A DNA stretch of 64,000 bases from Octopus vulgaris (lineage: Eukaryota): assembly GCA_951406725.2 (NCBI GenBank), contig OX597815.1, positions 214,892,001 to 214,956,000 of the forward strand, given 5' to 3'. The position numbers and the translations under genes are program-made. Below, piece by piece: positions 10,811 through 24,879 of this stretch; the first letter of the stretch is position 1; each line of letters opens with the position of its first letter. Under the pieces are notes generated by a model. The model saw only the letters and a program-made list of their open reading frames with translations, was not told the origin of the DNA and ran no database searches.

Positions 10811-12214
10811 AAAGAGTAAGAGTATATGAATGTGTCAGAAACAAAATAGGAATTTTGAAAGAAGTCTCTATAAAACTAGATTTTAAATGGCAAATGGCTG
10901 CAGAGTTCCACCAGAATAAAATAGTAATTAAAGCAATCAATAGGTGAAAAAAAAAAAAAAAAACGGTTGAGAACTATTGGTCTTAGCATTGACAAGGAGG
11001 GAGGGGCACTTCTAACAAGCTGTTCAATAAAATCAGTCAATTTACATTCACCATTAATTTGAACTGAACAAACTACAACCACATTCTCTAAAGTGATCAA
11101 GAGATTAATTACGTCTTGTTTTCTTCAAAAAGCACCACTGCTCATCCAGAGCAGGTTACAACTTACCTTGCTCACCTCTTGCTCTTGCCTTAAGTTCATC
11201 CACACTCTCAGTAGCATTTTGTGGTGTTTAGTACTTAATGTAGATCTCTGTTATCAGTGAGCAGTCTACTGCTAATCAGGTAAACTAATGCCAAGTAAGT
11301 AGTAGGATTTTTAATCAATCTACTTAGAAATTTGCTCTTTGATTTAGGTTGCTAATTAAAGCTTAGTATCTGCTAGGTTCTTCCATATATACGGCTGAAG
11401 TTTATTTAGACAATTCAACAACTGAAATACAGTTGGTGAGTGCATTTTTATGCAGTCCACAAATATCTTCAACTATTGCTTCCTTGACATCATTCTCTAA
11501 TTAGTGATATTTTTATTTATTTATTCATTTATTTATTTATTTTGCTGTAACAACTAATTAAGCCATAAATCTAATTTAAGTGTTTATTTAATAAGGATTA
11601 GTCACACTGTATGTAGGAAGGCTATTAATATCAAATTTCATTGTGATGGTGGTTTTCTAGTTGCAAGAGAGGATGGCAGAAGGGGGTGGGATGAGGGTGG
11701 GGGGAAGCAGCACTGATGGTTGTATGAAGATAGTAGCAGTGTTAATGGTTGGTGGTTGTTTGTGATTACCATAGTGAAAGAGGAAATGTTGTTATCATTG
11801 TAATGAGGTGTGAATGTTAGTGAGGTTGTGTTGAATTAGGGTGAGGGTGGATAAAGGTGAGTGATTGTGGTGGTGGTGGTGATGGTGGTGGTGACGGTGG
11901 GAGAAGTAAGCATTTGTTTATCATTGTAGTTGGACTGATAATTTAGTAATTAAAACATGCTTGTGTATGTACATACTTATATATAATATACATATATATC
12001 TAATATAAATGTTGTGTGTTGTGTGTGTATGTATTATTGTAGTGTTTACAGTTATATTCACAACATTGGTGGTAAAAGTTACATACAGATACCAGCAGTT
12101 GAAAAATATGAATGGTGGTGGTATTGCTCTAGTAATAATTACAGCAGGAAGAATAGATGCATACTTGTCGGTAAAAGCTATGGTTATCTATAAAAAAAAA
12201 TAATTTTATTCTGC

Positions 12215-12662
12215 TATCAATAGAGAAGACGGGAGAGGTATGCAGTAATATATATCTGGAAGATCCCGGAAGGAATTGTGCCAAATTTTGGCATTGAAAG
12301 CTACACCAATACCAGAACAGGACGACACTGCATAGTGCCAAAGATCCCAACAACGCCATCACCAGTTACTGCAACAGCCTAGGTTTCAAGGGCCTACAGC
12401 TTTTTAATATTCTCCCAAAGAGTCTGAGGAACTTGCACAAAGTAGATGTAGTGGTTTTTAAATCAAAGCTGGATCTCTTCCTGTCGGGAGTCCCAGATGA
12501 ACCTACCTCACGGCAAGAGGTGCAAATGAGGGAAGCTATATCAAACTCCATTCTTCACCAAGCGTCGCATATTAGAGGAGGTTCTTAGTAATAGCAGTGT
12601 AGCAAAACGGTGGTACATCAGCATGGCCGCAGCTCTGAGCTGAAACTAGAGAGAAAAAAAAA
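12215..12662 (+). mobile_element. CR1/L2-group LINE 3' end fragment (second family)
   Basis: RRRERYAVIYIWKIPEGIVPNFG...FNILPKSLRNL...FKSKLDLFLSGVPDEP is homologous to the C-terminus of the 8694 ORF. 3' UTR ...cagcatggccgcagctctgagctgaaactaga plus A-rich end. Confidence 0.8.
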
Positions 12663-14750
12663 TAGTTCTAAATTCTTTTTTTGTAATATAGAACTGATAA
12701 TTATTATGATTTATATTTTGCAATAAACAATTACTAAGCTAAACTATTGCTAAATACAATGGCAGTATTTCAAGGATAAAAAGTATATAATCAATCCAGT
12801 CATTTATACTGTGTTATTAGTGTTTATTTTATTAGTGCCTGGAAAAGCTAAGCGCTGAATCAGTCCTAGCAGGATTTTGAACTTACGACAGTGAAGTACC
12901 AAGCCAGATGTTGTAAAGCATTATATCATGTTTTCTTGTGTCTCAGTTATCTTCCCTGTTTTGTATTCAATAATTCCTTCCATGTTAGTCACAAGACCTG
13001 AAATCTTGGAAGGGTGGGTTAGTCGATTACATTAACACTAGTGCTCAACTGGTACTTATTCTATTGATCCCAAAAGGTTGAAAGGCAATGTGTACCTTGG
13101 TTAAATTTGAACTCAGAACATAAATTTGAAAGAAATGCTGCTGAGCATTTTGCCTTTGGTTTGCACTCAGTGATAATTGTTAACCGCTTAGGTGTGTATT
13201 TATATATGTGTGTGTATGAATATTCTTTTCTACTCTAGGCACAAGGCCCGAAATTTTTGGGGAGGGGGGCCAGTCGATTAGATCGACCCCTATATGCAAC
13301 TTGTACATAATTTATTGGCCCTGAAAGTATGAAAGGCAAGTTTGAACTCAGAACATAAAGACAGATAAAATACCTATTTCTTTACTACCCACAAAGGGCT
13401 ACACACAGAGGGGACAAACAAGGACAGACAAATGGATTAAGTCTATTACATTGACCCCAGTACATAACTGGTACTTAATTTATCGACCCCAAAAGGATGA
13501 AAGGCAAAGTCGACCTCGGCGGAATTTGAACTCAGAACATAACGGCAGACAAAATACCACTAAGCTTTTCACCCAGCGTGCTAACATTTCTGCCAGCTCA
13601 CCACCCTTGTGTGAATGAACATTGTCTGAGCAGACTGTTTATATTCTCCAGTAAGAAAATTCCTAAAGTATCAGCAGTTCATCATGTCTGATATGTGATT
13701 ACAATGCAAGGAAAATACCTTACTCAAAAAACAGATATGGGTTGGTGACAGGATGACCATCTGGCCATAAATAAAAACTTCTTCAATGAGCTTTGAATAA
13801 CCCAAGCCAGCATGGAAAAATGAACATGAAAATAGTGGTGATAACAACAATGGCAACAGCAGCCTACCTATCATGGAACCTTCTAGACAAAAAGATCCTG
13901 AAAGCAATATTTTTATAGCTACTAAACAATAGAGTAACGAATATTATAACAATTGTAATATATCTCCAAATCAGTTCTAATTGGTCAAATTTGTTTTATT
14001 ATCTGCCAAATTGACATTTTTATTTACGGATTGCTATTACAGTTGTTACTAGACAATGACTTTATTAGGCCGTTTAAAAGCAAAGTAGCAGGAAAGAGGG
14101 AGATAAAAAGGGAAAAGAAAGAAAAGGAGAAAAAAGTGGAGGGGGAAGTAGCAGGAGAGGGTGACGGGCCACATATCTCAGAACAAACTGTGTGCTCAGC
14201 TGTACCCTGCAGTAATGACCTTGATGGCATCGCCACAGAGAAGGGCCCATGGTGCTCACTGCAGCAGTCATTCTACCTTGTAGGATTCATTTCTCTGTCA
14301 GGCTGCCATTATTCCTATTTTTCAGAGGAAATCGATAGTTCAGGGTCCTAAGACATTTAATCCAATTATCTAATATCTTCCTTCTTAAAATGGTAGATAT
14401 GACTTGATAGAGGTTTGACTGCTGTTTCTGGCAACTAACGACCACACAAAGGCTCCTGCTTTAGCTTGAAGAAAATAAGTTATATCTGTCTATATTGTAT
14501 TGCTCTTGTCTTTTTATTTATTTATTTATTTATTAATATTGTTGTTGTTTGTGTTTTTGCTGTGGCTTGTTTTGTTAACTTCCTTCGGGCATTGCTGTAG
14601 TATTGATATCATTATGGTATCAGATGTGCCAAAACATTCCAGATTTCCAAATTCCTCTGTGGCATGTTTGAAAAGCTACTAATATACTTCAATACTTCAC
14701 TGCCATTTTATCTTGTATCTTTTGACTTCCTTAATTTCATTGCAAAAACC

Positions 14751-14808
<58 letters not shown>

Positions 14809-15270
14809 CATTATTTATTTATTTATTCTTGTCTGCCTTCTCTGTCAGGAATTGAGAGAATTCTAATTTGATACCATTCTCTATCTATTTTCCTATTATT
14901 ATCATTATCATTATCTCCATCAACATCAGTATCATCATCATCATTATTGTTGTCATAGCCATCATCATCATCTTCATCACTACCATCATTCTAGTGGCAA
15001 GCAATCTACTTTTAATTCCTAATCATAGTTAATTCATTTCTGGTGTTTGCTCTTTACCCAAGGTATAAATTAAGCATATTAGACAAATATATTTCCTATT
15101 GGCACAAGTGTGGCAATGTGGTAAGAAATTTGCTTCCCAACTTCATGGTTTCAGGTTCAGTTCCACTGCGTGGCACCTTGAGCAAGTGTCTTCTATAGTC
15201 CCAGGGCAATAAAAGACTTGTGAATTGGGTAGATGTAAAATGAAAGAAGCCTCTCGTGTGTGTGTGTTTA

Positions 15271-15822
15271 TCTATTATATAAAATCGTTCTGTCTGTCTG
15301 TGTGTGTCTTCTAGGATCTCGGGCATCCTCCATCCGATTGCACTCAAATTTAATATGTAGATACCGACGGTATTAGGGCGTGTATAAGTCTTGAAAGATT
15401 TACAAAAATCGATTCTAGGTGAGAATGCGATCGATAAAGCCGTTTTTGTCCTGCTTTTCTTCCGTCAACCTGTACATAACTGCACCTTCCAATTTTTGTT
15501 GTTATTGTACTGATTAAGGGCACGTTTCTTTCCTGCCAAGCTTACTGTTTAAACCATGTTTGTGTTCTCCCAGTCAACAGCCTTATCATTACTGGTACTT
15601 TAAACTCTTCGGTTGCATAGTTGTGTGAATAAAATCGTTTTTCTTTGGAATAGAAAAAAAGTCTATCTTTATTTCTTCTTTTGCTGGTGTTTCAAATTTA
15701 GGTTAAATCAGTGTTTCTCAAAGGGGAGGCCTATGGGATGGTCGGACAAGTTGTTTTGAGAAAATTTGGTTTAAATGTTTGACAACTCAGCACTGTCCAT
15801 TGGACAAGGGGCATTTTGCTCG
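15271..15822 (+). mobile_element. Non-autonomous Helitron-like element nested in a SINE-A copy (~15101-15980)
   Basis: Starts A|TCTATTATATAAAA and ends with hairpin gtcc-att-ggac then CTCG|T (CTRR variant). Splits the SINE-A head from its tail. Confidence 0.55.
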
Positions 15823-16218
15823 TATATATATATGTATGTGTGTGTGTATGTATTTATGTGTGTTTGTCTTTGTGTCTATGTTTATGTCTCTGTAACTTAG
15901 TGGTTTTAAAAAACATACTGGGACTGATTCATTCAACTAAAGCTCTCCAAGGTGATGCCCCAGCAAGATAAAAGAGCTATGTGTGTGTAAGAGTAAGTGT
16001 TTGTATTGCATGTCTTGACATTTCATGTAGTTGTAAATGATTGTCACTGTCGTACAAGCAGTGTCATTCACTCACAATACTCTGCAAGAAAATACCTGGC
16101 CATGGGGAAATTCACCCAGTCGTAGAAAATCTCCTTCAATAAATTCCATTTGACCCATGCATGCATGGAAAAGTAGATGTTGAAATGAAGTGATGATGCT
16201 GATATATACATGTATGTA

Positions 16219-16745
16219 GCCACAGGAGTGGTTGTGTGTTAAGTAGCTTGCTTACCAACCACATGGTTCCGGGTTCAATCCTACTGCATGGCACCTTAGG
16301 CAAGTGTCTTCTACTATAGCCTCTGGCCAACCAAAGCCTTGTGAGTGGATCTGGTAGACAAAAACTGAAAGAAGCCTGTCATATATATATATGTGTGTGT
16401 GTATCTGTGTTTGTCCCCCCCACCATCCTTGACAACTGATGTTGGTGTGTTTATGTCCCCGTAACTTAGTGGTTCAACAAAAGAGACTGATAGAATTAAT
16501 TCCCTTTCAATCTTTTTAGCTCAGCAATGTCTTATGTTGTTTTGTAGAACATTGCATCATTTCACTTTACCACACCCTTAATCAATTCAGTGATAAGCTC
16601 CTAATAGCTATATTTGAAATATGACCACCTTAACCCTTTAGTACTAGGCTTAGAAAGAATAAGTCCTGGGGTCAATTTGTTCGACTAAATGCAGTGCTCC
16701 AGCATGGCTGCAGTCAAATGACTGAAACAAATAAAAGAATAAAAG
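16219..16745 (+). mobile_element. SINE family A (interrupted)
   Basis: Head ggagtggttgtgtgttaagtagcttgcttaccaaccacatggttccgggttcaatcc; tail at 16640-16745. Confidence 0.75.
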
Positions 16746-16867
16746 ACAAAATAAAAGAAAGTATGTGTCTGTGTGCATGTGAGTGTTTGTAAGATTGAGT
16801 TTGTATTTCCTTTCCTCATTACATGTGTTATACATGTAAAGGCATTACATGTGTTATACATGTAGAG

Positions 16868-17190
16868 GCTCATGGCTTAATGGTTAGGGTATTTAACTTC
16901 CGATCATAGGGTCATGAGTTTGAAAACTGGCAGTGTGTTGCACCCTTGAGCAAGACTCTTTATTTCACTCTGGTCCAATCCACTCAACTGGCAAAAAGGA
17001 ATTGTACCTGTATTTCAAAAGGGCCAGCCTTGTCACACTGTGTCACACTCCCTATCACACTGAGAACTCTGTTAAAATTTCACATGACTGTGGAGTGCTC
17101 AGCCACTTGCATGTTAATTTCATGAGCAGCCTGTTCCATTCATCTAATCAACTGGAACCCTCATCATTATAACTGCTGGAATGCCAGTAA
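16868..17190 (+). mobile_element. tRNA-SINE family F
   Basis: tRNA-like head tggcttaatggttagggtatt...gagtttgaa, then cccttgagcaagac. Related minus copies at ~53030-53240 and ~55330-55560. Confidence 0.55.
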
Positions 17191-17315
17191 CTTTACATGT
17201 GCCTGCTGACTAACAAACAGCCTTGTTGTCTTCTACTATAGCCCCGGGCCAACCAAAGCCTTGTCAGTGGATTTGATAGACAGAAACTGAAAGAAGCCTG
17301 TCGTATATGTGTATG

Positions 17316-17369
<54 letters not shown>

Positions 17370-17493
17370 GTGAAGTATATTTGCCATTTAAATATGGCTA
17401 ACCCCTAAGGGTGGATGCAACTGTAGCTTGTAGCCCCAGGAGGACACCTCCTCCAGCTGGCTATTGACACACTTTCTGCTGCTCAAAGATTTA

Positions 17494-17541
<48 letters not shown>

Positions 17542-20113
17542 ATGTTTATGTGTCTGTTTGTCCCCTCAACATCACTTGACAATCGATGCTGGTGTGGTTA
17601 CATCCCCATAACTTAACAGTTCAGCAAAAGAGACCGATAGAATAAGTACTAGGCTTACAAAGAATAAGTCCTGGGGTCGATTTGCTCGACTAAAGGTGGT
17701 GCTCCAGCATGGCCATGGTCAAATGACTGAAACAAGTAAAAGAGTAAAGAGAGTAAAAGAGAGTACTAGTTTAAATGCATTACAGTATTTACTTATGCCA
17801 CTTGACAGTCTAAGTTCAAACCCTACCAAAATTAGCTTTGACTTTCTTGTACTAAATGGTGGGACTTGCACACACACACCTATTTATCATTATCCTCATT
17901 TTAACATCCACATTTCCATGCTGGCATGAGTGGGTTGGATGGAATTCCTTGAGGTGGATTTTCTTAAACTGGATGCCTTTCCAGTCACCAACCTTCACCT
18001 GTTTTCAAGCAAGGTAATATTTCCCCATGGCCATACATGCTTTCACAGAATATTGACAACAAAGGAAATAACTAGTATGATGATGACGCTTGCTTGTTAC
18101 TATCACATAGTATGAATGGCAAGGAGACAGTAACACACACACATGCATGACGACAGGCTTCTTTCAGTTTCCATCCACGAAGTCTACTTAGAAGGCTTTG
18201 GTCAACCAAGGGCCATAGTAGAAGACACCTGCCCAAGGTGTCTTCTACTATGTGGGATTGAACCCAGAACCAAGTAGGTGGGAAGCAAACTTCTTACCAC
18301 ACAACGATGCTTGCTCATCATTTCATGTTTACATCTGGTTATTCATTTAATCCAGTTTTCTCAAGTCATTGGTCCCCCTCCCCCTAAATAAACCATTCTT
18401 ACTGTTACCATCATCATTATTTGTACCATATGTTGGTTAATAAGGAAAGTATTCACCTGAAAGCTCTAAGTCCCTTCTGACTTCATTAATGATTTCAGTA
18501 AGGCAACAGAGGTAGATTGATGTAAATATTGTTTAACCCTGAGTCAACTCTGACCCAACAGACCAATGATCAAGAACGTTCTAATGCAACTTCTTTGTTG
18601 TTGACAGTAGGTTTGGTGATTTGGGAAAAGTTTGGCTGCTCTTTCTACCTGGTCAAGTGACCACATCACAACATCCACGTTGGCTCATAATGGTTGAATA
18701 TTTTTAAGAAGCAAGACTCTCACATCGTATATACTTCATTTTCTATTCATGTCTGCTTAGTCTTATGTTGGCTTTGGTTTTGCAAGATTTCTTGAGGCAG
18801 CGCTTTCTGGTGTCAGCTCTTCTTTCGAAGTATGGTATTCTATTCTATGTCTTGCTACTTCAAACTGCTCCTGGTCATTTTGTTTACAGAAGGTGTAAAC
18901 CACATCATTGTTGCCAAAGTAGTGTCAGTGGGAAGATATACACTCACAAACACACATAATGATGATTTGAGAGAGCTGTTAGAATTTGGGATGTGCCTCA
19001 CAATAATTGTCCACATACCAAGTGTTGGGAGTTCAAATCTCGGCAAATCAACTCTACCCTTTTTCTTTCTGGAATGAACCAAGTACCAGTCAAATGCTAG
19101 AAGTCTGTACTGCTCCTCCACCTCTCTCTCTCTCTCTCCCTCTCTCTCTCTCTTTCTCACACACACACACATATATGCACTTCTATGCTGCACTGTGAGA
19201 GGGTCTGGCTGGACCACTTCTCAGAAATGTGCAAGTGTTTATATGTATATAACCCACCTTGCATCCAATATTTCTACAGCTTTCATCGTCTAATTGTTTG
19301 TTATTAGACTGTGGCCATTCTAGGGTACTGCCTTGAAGATTTTTTGCTTGAGAGAATTGACCACAGCACTTTTTTCTTTAAGCCTTGTACTTACTCTCTC
19401 AGTCTCTTTTGCTGAACAGCTAAGTTACTGGGACATAAACACACCTACACTGGATGTCAAGCAGTGGTGGGGGACAAACACAAACACACTACACACACTC
19501 TACACACGCAAATATATACATATATATATTTTTTTTTTTCCCTCATGTTCTTTTCTGTTGAAGAGCATCGGCTTGAAACATAAAAGACTTTCTCACCTTC
19601 CTGGGTGTGAAACTAAAACACCTGCTTGTTGTTTATACACCTGCTTTCATCTTTTTTTTCTGTAAATTTCAGCTACATATATATATATATATATATACAT
19701 ACACATATACAATGGGCTTTTTTCAGTTTCTATCTACCAAATCCACTCACAAGGCTTTGCTTAGTCTGAAGCTTTAGTCAAAGGTACTTGTCGAAGGTGC
19801 CTGCGCATGTCTAATTTAATGTGTATTTGCACACACACACACACACACACACATGCATGCACACACATACAGACATATTTGTAATCCCTCTCTTTCTCTT
19901 TCGGAGAGGCACTGAGCACCTACATGCACATATACACACATGACAGTAACATCCATCTACCGAATTCAATCACAAAGCTTCGGTCAACTCGGGGCTATAG
20001 TGGAAGACACCTGCCCAAAGTGCCACGCAGTGGGACTGAACCCAAAACCATGTAGCTAGGAAGCAAGGTCCCTAACCACACAGCCATGCCCGCGCACGAA
20101 TATATATATATAC

Positions 20114-20157
<44 letters not shown>

Positions 20158-20174
20158 CATATCTCTTTTATATA

Positions 20175-23100
20175 CAGGGGTTGGACAAAATAATGGAAAC
20201 ACCTTAAAATTTCAACTGAATTTATTTTAATAGAGGGATCAACTATCCGAGTTGATAGTTCCTTGGTAGTTAAGGCAATTAGAAGCATGAAGACAGGGAA
20301 AGCCCCAGGCCCATCAGGTATCACTGCAGAGATGCTCAAAATATCTGGTAGTGTCAGCTATAGCCTAGTCACCCGTATAGTTAACCAGGTGATACACAAA
20401 GGAGTCATACACAATGACTGGTGTAGCAGCATAATAGTCAACTGCTACAAAGGTAAAGGTGACGCCCTAGATACAAATAATTACAGAGGTATCAAGCTGT
20501 TGGATCAAGTGATGAAGGTTACAGAGAGGGTCATAGCCCAACTAATTAGAGAGAGAGTTAGTTTAGATGAGATGCAGTTTGGGTTCGTGCCAGGGGAAAA
20601 GTGCCACTGATGCTATATTCCTGGTAAGGCAGCTGCAGAAGAAATACCTAGCCAAAGATAAGCCCCCTGTACCTGGCTTTTGTTGACATGGAGAAAGCCT
20701 TCGACAGGGTCCCCCGATCCCTTATTTGGTGGTCAATGAGAAAACTAGGGATAGATGAATGGTTAGTGAGAGCTGTGCGAGCCATGTACAGGGACGCTGC
20801 TAGTAAGGTGAGGGTTGGCAACGAGTACAGTGAAGTATTCCGGGTAGAGGTAGGAGTCCACCAAGGCTCAGTCCTCAGCCCCCTCCTATTTATCATAGTC
20901 CTCCAGGCAATAACGGAGGAATTCAAGACAGGATGCCCCTAGGAGCTCCTCTATGCTGATGACCTTGCTCTAATTGCTGAGTCACTAACAGAACTGGAGG
21001 AGAAGTTTCAGGTGTGGAAGCAAGGATTAGAATCAAAGGGCCTAAGAGTCAATCTAGCTAAAACCAAAGTCCTAATAAGTAGGAAGGTAGACAAATCACT
21101 AACACCTTCAGGTAGATGGCCCTGCTCGATCTGTAGAAAAGGTGTAGGTAGAAACTCTATAAGATGCACCAAGTGTAAGCTATGGACACATAAGAGGTGC
21201 AGCAACGTCAAAGGAAGGCTAACTAGGAAGATGGTTTTTGTATGTGGCAGATGCTCAGGAACAATAAACACTGAAAATGCTCTGAGACCAACTTCTGTCA
21301 CTTTCCAGGGAGAAAAACTAGAAATAGTTGATAGCTTCCATTACCTAGGTGACCAAGTCAGCAGCGGGGGCGGGTGTGCTGAAAGTGTAACTGCTAGAGT
21401 AAGAATAGCTTGGGCAAAGTTCAGAGAGTTCTTACCTCTGCTGGTGACAAAAGGCCTATCACTCAGAGTAAAAGGCAGACTGTATGATGCGTGTGTACGT
21501 ACGGCCATGCTACATGGCAGTGAAACAAGGGCCGTGACTGCTGAGGATATGTGTAAGCTCGCAAGAAATGAAGCCAGCATGCTCCGATGGATGTGTAATG
21601 TCAGTACTCATACTCGACAGAGTGTAAGTACCTTGAGAGAAAAGCTGGACCTAAGAAGCATCAGATGTGGTGTGCAAGAGAGACGTTTGCGCTGGTATGG
21701 GCATGTGGCGAGAATGGATGAAGATAGTTGTGTGAAAAAGTGCCACACCCTAACGGTTGAGGGAGCCTGTGGAAGAGGCAGACCCAGGAAAACCTGGGAC
21801 GAGGTGGTGAAGCACGACCTTCGAACTTTAGGTCTCACTGAGGAAATGACTAGAGACCTCTGGAAGTATGTTGTGCACGAGAAGACCCGGCAGGACAAGT
21901 GAGACCATAAGCCGTGGCCTTCTACATGGGATGTAGCCAGCCCACTTATGCATACCTTCCCTCCTTGGGACACAAAACTCTACTTGTGAAGACCTGTTGA
22001 GGCAAGTGAGAATCAGAATCGAAATTGATCAATGGAAATTGCAGCTGAGTTACCAGAGCCAGTGGCACATGAGAGAACCATCCAAATGTGGCTGTTGCCA
22101 GCGCCTCCCCGACTGGCCTCGTGCCGGTGGCATGTAAAAAGCACCATCCGTTCGTGGCCATTGCCAGCTTCGCCTGGCCCCCATGCCGGTGGCACTTAAA
22201 AGGCACCATCCGTTCGTGGCCGTTTGCCAGACTCGTCTGGCACCACCATCCATTCGTGGCCATTGCCAGTGCCGCCCTGATTAGCCTTGTGCCGGTGGCA
22301 CGTAAAAAGCACCATCCATTCGTGACCATTGCCAGCCTTGCCTGGCCCCATGCCGGTGGCACGTAAAATGCGCCATCCATCCATGGCCATTTGCCAGCTC
22401 TGTCTGGCACCTGTGCGGGTGGCACGTAAAAAGCACCCACTACACTCACGGAGTGGTTGGCATTAGGAAGGGCATCCAGCCGTAGAAACACTGCCAGATC
22501 AGACTGGGCCTGATGCAGCCTTCTGGCTTCACAGACCCCAGTTGAACCGTCCAACCCATGCTAGCATGGAAAGCGGACGCTAAATGATGATAATGATGAT
22601 GATGATGATAGGTAGGACTGCCTTTGGCAGTAATTACAGCTTGAATTCTACGGGGTATGGACTCGTACAAAGTTTGAATTGTTTCCAAAGGAAATTTTGT
22701 CCGTTCTTCAGCTAAAACAGTCTCCAGTTCTTGTAGTGATTATGGTGGAGGATATCGACTTCTTACTTGTTTTTCTAAAATTCACCATAAATGTTCAATA
22801 ATATTAAGATCTGGGGACTGTTGTGGCCAAATAAAATGTTCAACTTCACTAGACTGTTCCTTGTACCATTCAGTAACAAATTTAGCTGTGTGAATTGGTG
22901 CATTATCATCCTGAAAGATTGTTTCCCTCCAGAAACAGTTCTGCAACCATAGGATGAATTTGCTCAGATAAAATGCTTAGTCTTGACTATTAATTCTGCC
23001 ATGAAGGGAAACCATTGGGCCAGCAGATTTCCAAGATATAGCCCTCCCAGATCATCACAGATCCTCCTCCATGTTTAATAGTTGGAAGAAAGCAGTCTGA

Positions 23101-23801
23101 GTCAAATGCTTCTTTTGGCTGTCATCTCACATATACTCAGCCGGTGGTTGGAAATAAGGTAAAGGATGACTCATCTGATAAAATAACATTCTTCCACTGC
23201 TCTAGGGACCAATTCTGTAGATTTTTACTCCACTCTAGATTCTTTGCAGTGTTTGCTTTTGAAAGTAGTGGTTTTCTGATTGCAGCCCTCCTATGAAATT
23301 TGGCTTTGTGCAGCTCCCAGCAAACAGTTTTTGTGGAAACTGGGTTCTCTAGGTGGTCATTAAGCTCTGCAGTAATTTTGGGAGCTGTACTTTTGTGATC
23401 CTTTCTAACAATTCGCGTAAGAGTTCGACAGTCCCTATCTAAAAGTTTTGGTTTTCTTCCAGAGTTTTGTTTCGACAAAGAGATCTTTCCCTCTTTCTCA
23501 AAGGCTGTCATTACTTTGGAGACACCAAACATTTAAGCTGTTTTCATTAGGCTAGTGCCTGCCATACGAGCACTAACAATTTCACCTCTTTGAAAGTCTG
23601 ATAGATCTGTCATTTTAATGAATTTTAATTATCTTTTTCTGATAATGTCTGAAAGGAAACAACAATTTTAGCAAAATATATTAAGCAACACTAATAATAA
23701 ATTCAAAACCATAAAAATAAACAAGCTTTTGACAGTTTTATAGATATTTCGAAATTATGTTATGATGATAGGTGTTTCCATTATTTTGTCCAACCCCACT
23801 G
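20175..23801 (-). mobile_element. Tc1-family DNA transposon (DD34E-type pseudogene 23613->~22610) with a nested RTE LINE
   Basis: TIRs CAG(TG)GGGTTGGACAAAATAATGGAAACACC at 20175 and 23801 with TA flanks. Transposase MTDLSDFQRGEIV..., ILSDES, FQDDNAPIH and SPDLNIIEHLW with stops and frameshifts. Confidence 0.9.
20233..22610 (+). mobile_element. 5'-truncated RTE-clade LINE with PHD-like zinc-finger insertion and long tandem-repeat 3' UTR
   Basis: KAPGPSGI, NYRGIKLL, QFGF, FVDMEKAFDRV, GVHQGSVLSPLLF, LYADDL, CSIC...C..C...HKRC...CGRC, RLRWYGHVARM and GRGRPRKTW. Frameshift near 20600 and in-frame stop at 20940; ends in (GAT)n. Confidence 0.9.
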
Positions 23802-23807
23802 TATATA

Positions 23808-24207
23808 GGCGCAGGAGTGGCTCTGTGGTAAGTAGCTTGTTTACCAAACCACATGGTTCCGGGTTCAGTCCCACTGCGTGGCACCTTGGGCAAGTGTCTT
23901 TCACTATAGCATCGGGCCGACCAAAGCCTTGTGAGTGGATTTGGTAAACGGAAACTGAAAGAAGCCTGTCGTATATATGTATATATATATGTGTGCGTGT
24001 GTGTTTGTATGTCTGTGTTTGTCCCCCTAGCATTGCTTGACAACCGATGCTGGTGTGTTTATGTCCCTGTTACTTAGCGGTTCGGCAAAAGAGACTGATA
24101 GAATAAGTACTGGGCTTACAAAAGAATAAGACCTGGGGTCGAGTTGTTCGATTAAAGGTGGTGCTCCGGCATGGCTGCAGTCAAATGACTGAAACAAGTA
24201 AAAGAGT
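23808..24207 (+). mobile_element. SINE family A, near-complete copy
   Basis: ggcgcaggagtggctctgtggtaagtagc...ggttccgggttcagtccc...ggtggtgctccggcatggctgcagtcaaatgactgaaacaagtaaaaga. Confidence 0.85.
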
Positions 24208-24599
24208 ATATATATATATATACACACATACACACACACATATGTGTATATATGATTAATCAGACTTCTCTCCAGCCTTCCCACATATCTAATTTAATGT
24301 GTGTGTGTGTGTGTGTGTGTGTATGCATTACACGCAGACACACACATTAATCAGCCACTTTTATCAACATTGCCACACATGTCTAGTTTAGTCTAATCTA
24401 TCAACTCTCTCCCTGCCTTTCATTTTTATTAGCACAAACATCAGGCAAGTCATCTATTTGAATATGTATTGCTGTGGTGATATTGGTGCCGGTGCAGGTG
24501 CTACTTCTCTTCATTCATTCATTCTTTCATTCTTATTCTTCTCCTCTTCCTTTTTCTTCTTCTTCTTCTTCTTCTTCTTGATGCTGCCATTGACCTTGT

Positions 24600-24832
24600 T
24601 AAGGCAGTTGGGGGTTGGCTGAATCCTTAGGACACTGGACAAAATGCTTAGCAGCATTTCATCCATCTTTACATTCTGAGTTCAAATTCTGCCAAGGTTG
24701 AATTTGCCCCTTATTTCTTCAGGGTTGATAAAATAAGTACCAGTTGACTACTGGGGGTGATGTTATCAACTTATTCCATCCCCTAAAATTTCAGGCCTTG
24801 TGCCTATAGTAGAAAGGATTATTATTGTTATT

Positions 24833-24879
<47 letters not shown>

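Noticed and set aside
14031-14351. 106-aa ORF
   Set aside because: Low-complexity purine-rich sequence with no recognisable domain or splice support.
23808-23880. tRNA genes at SINE heads
   Set aside because: A/B-box-like motifs continue into SINE bodies, and I could not fold a complete cloverleaf.
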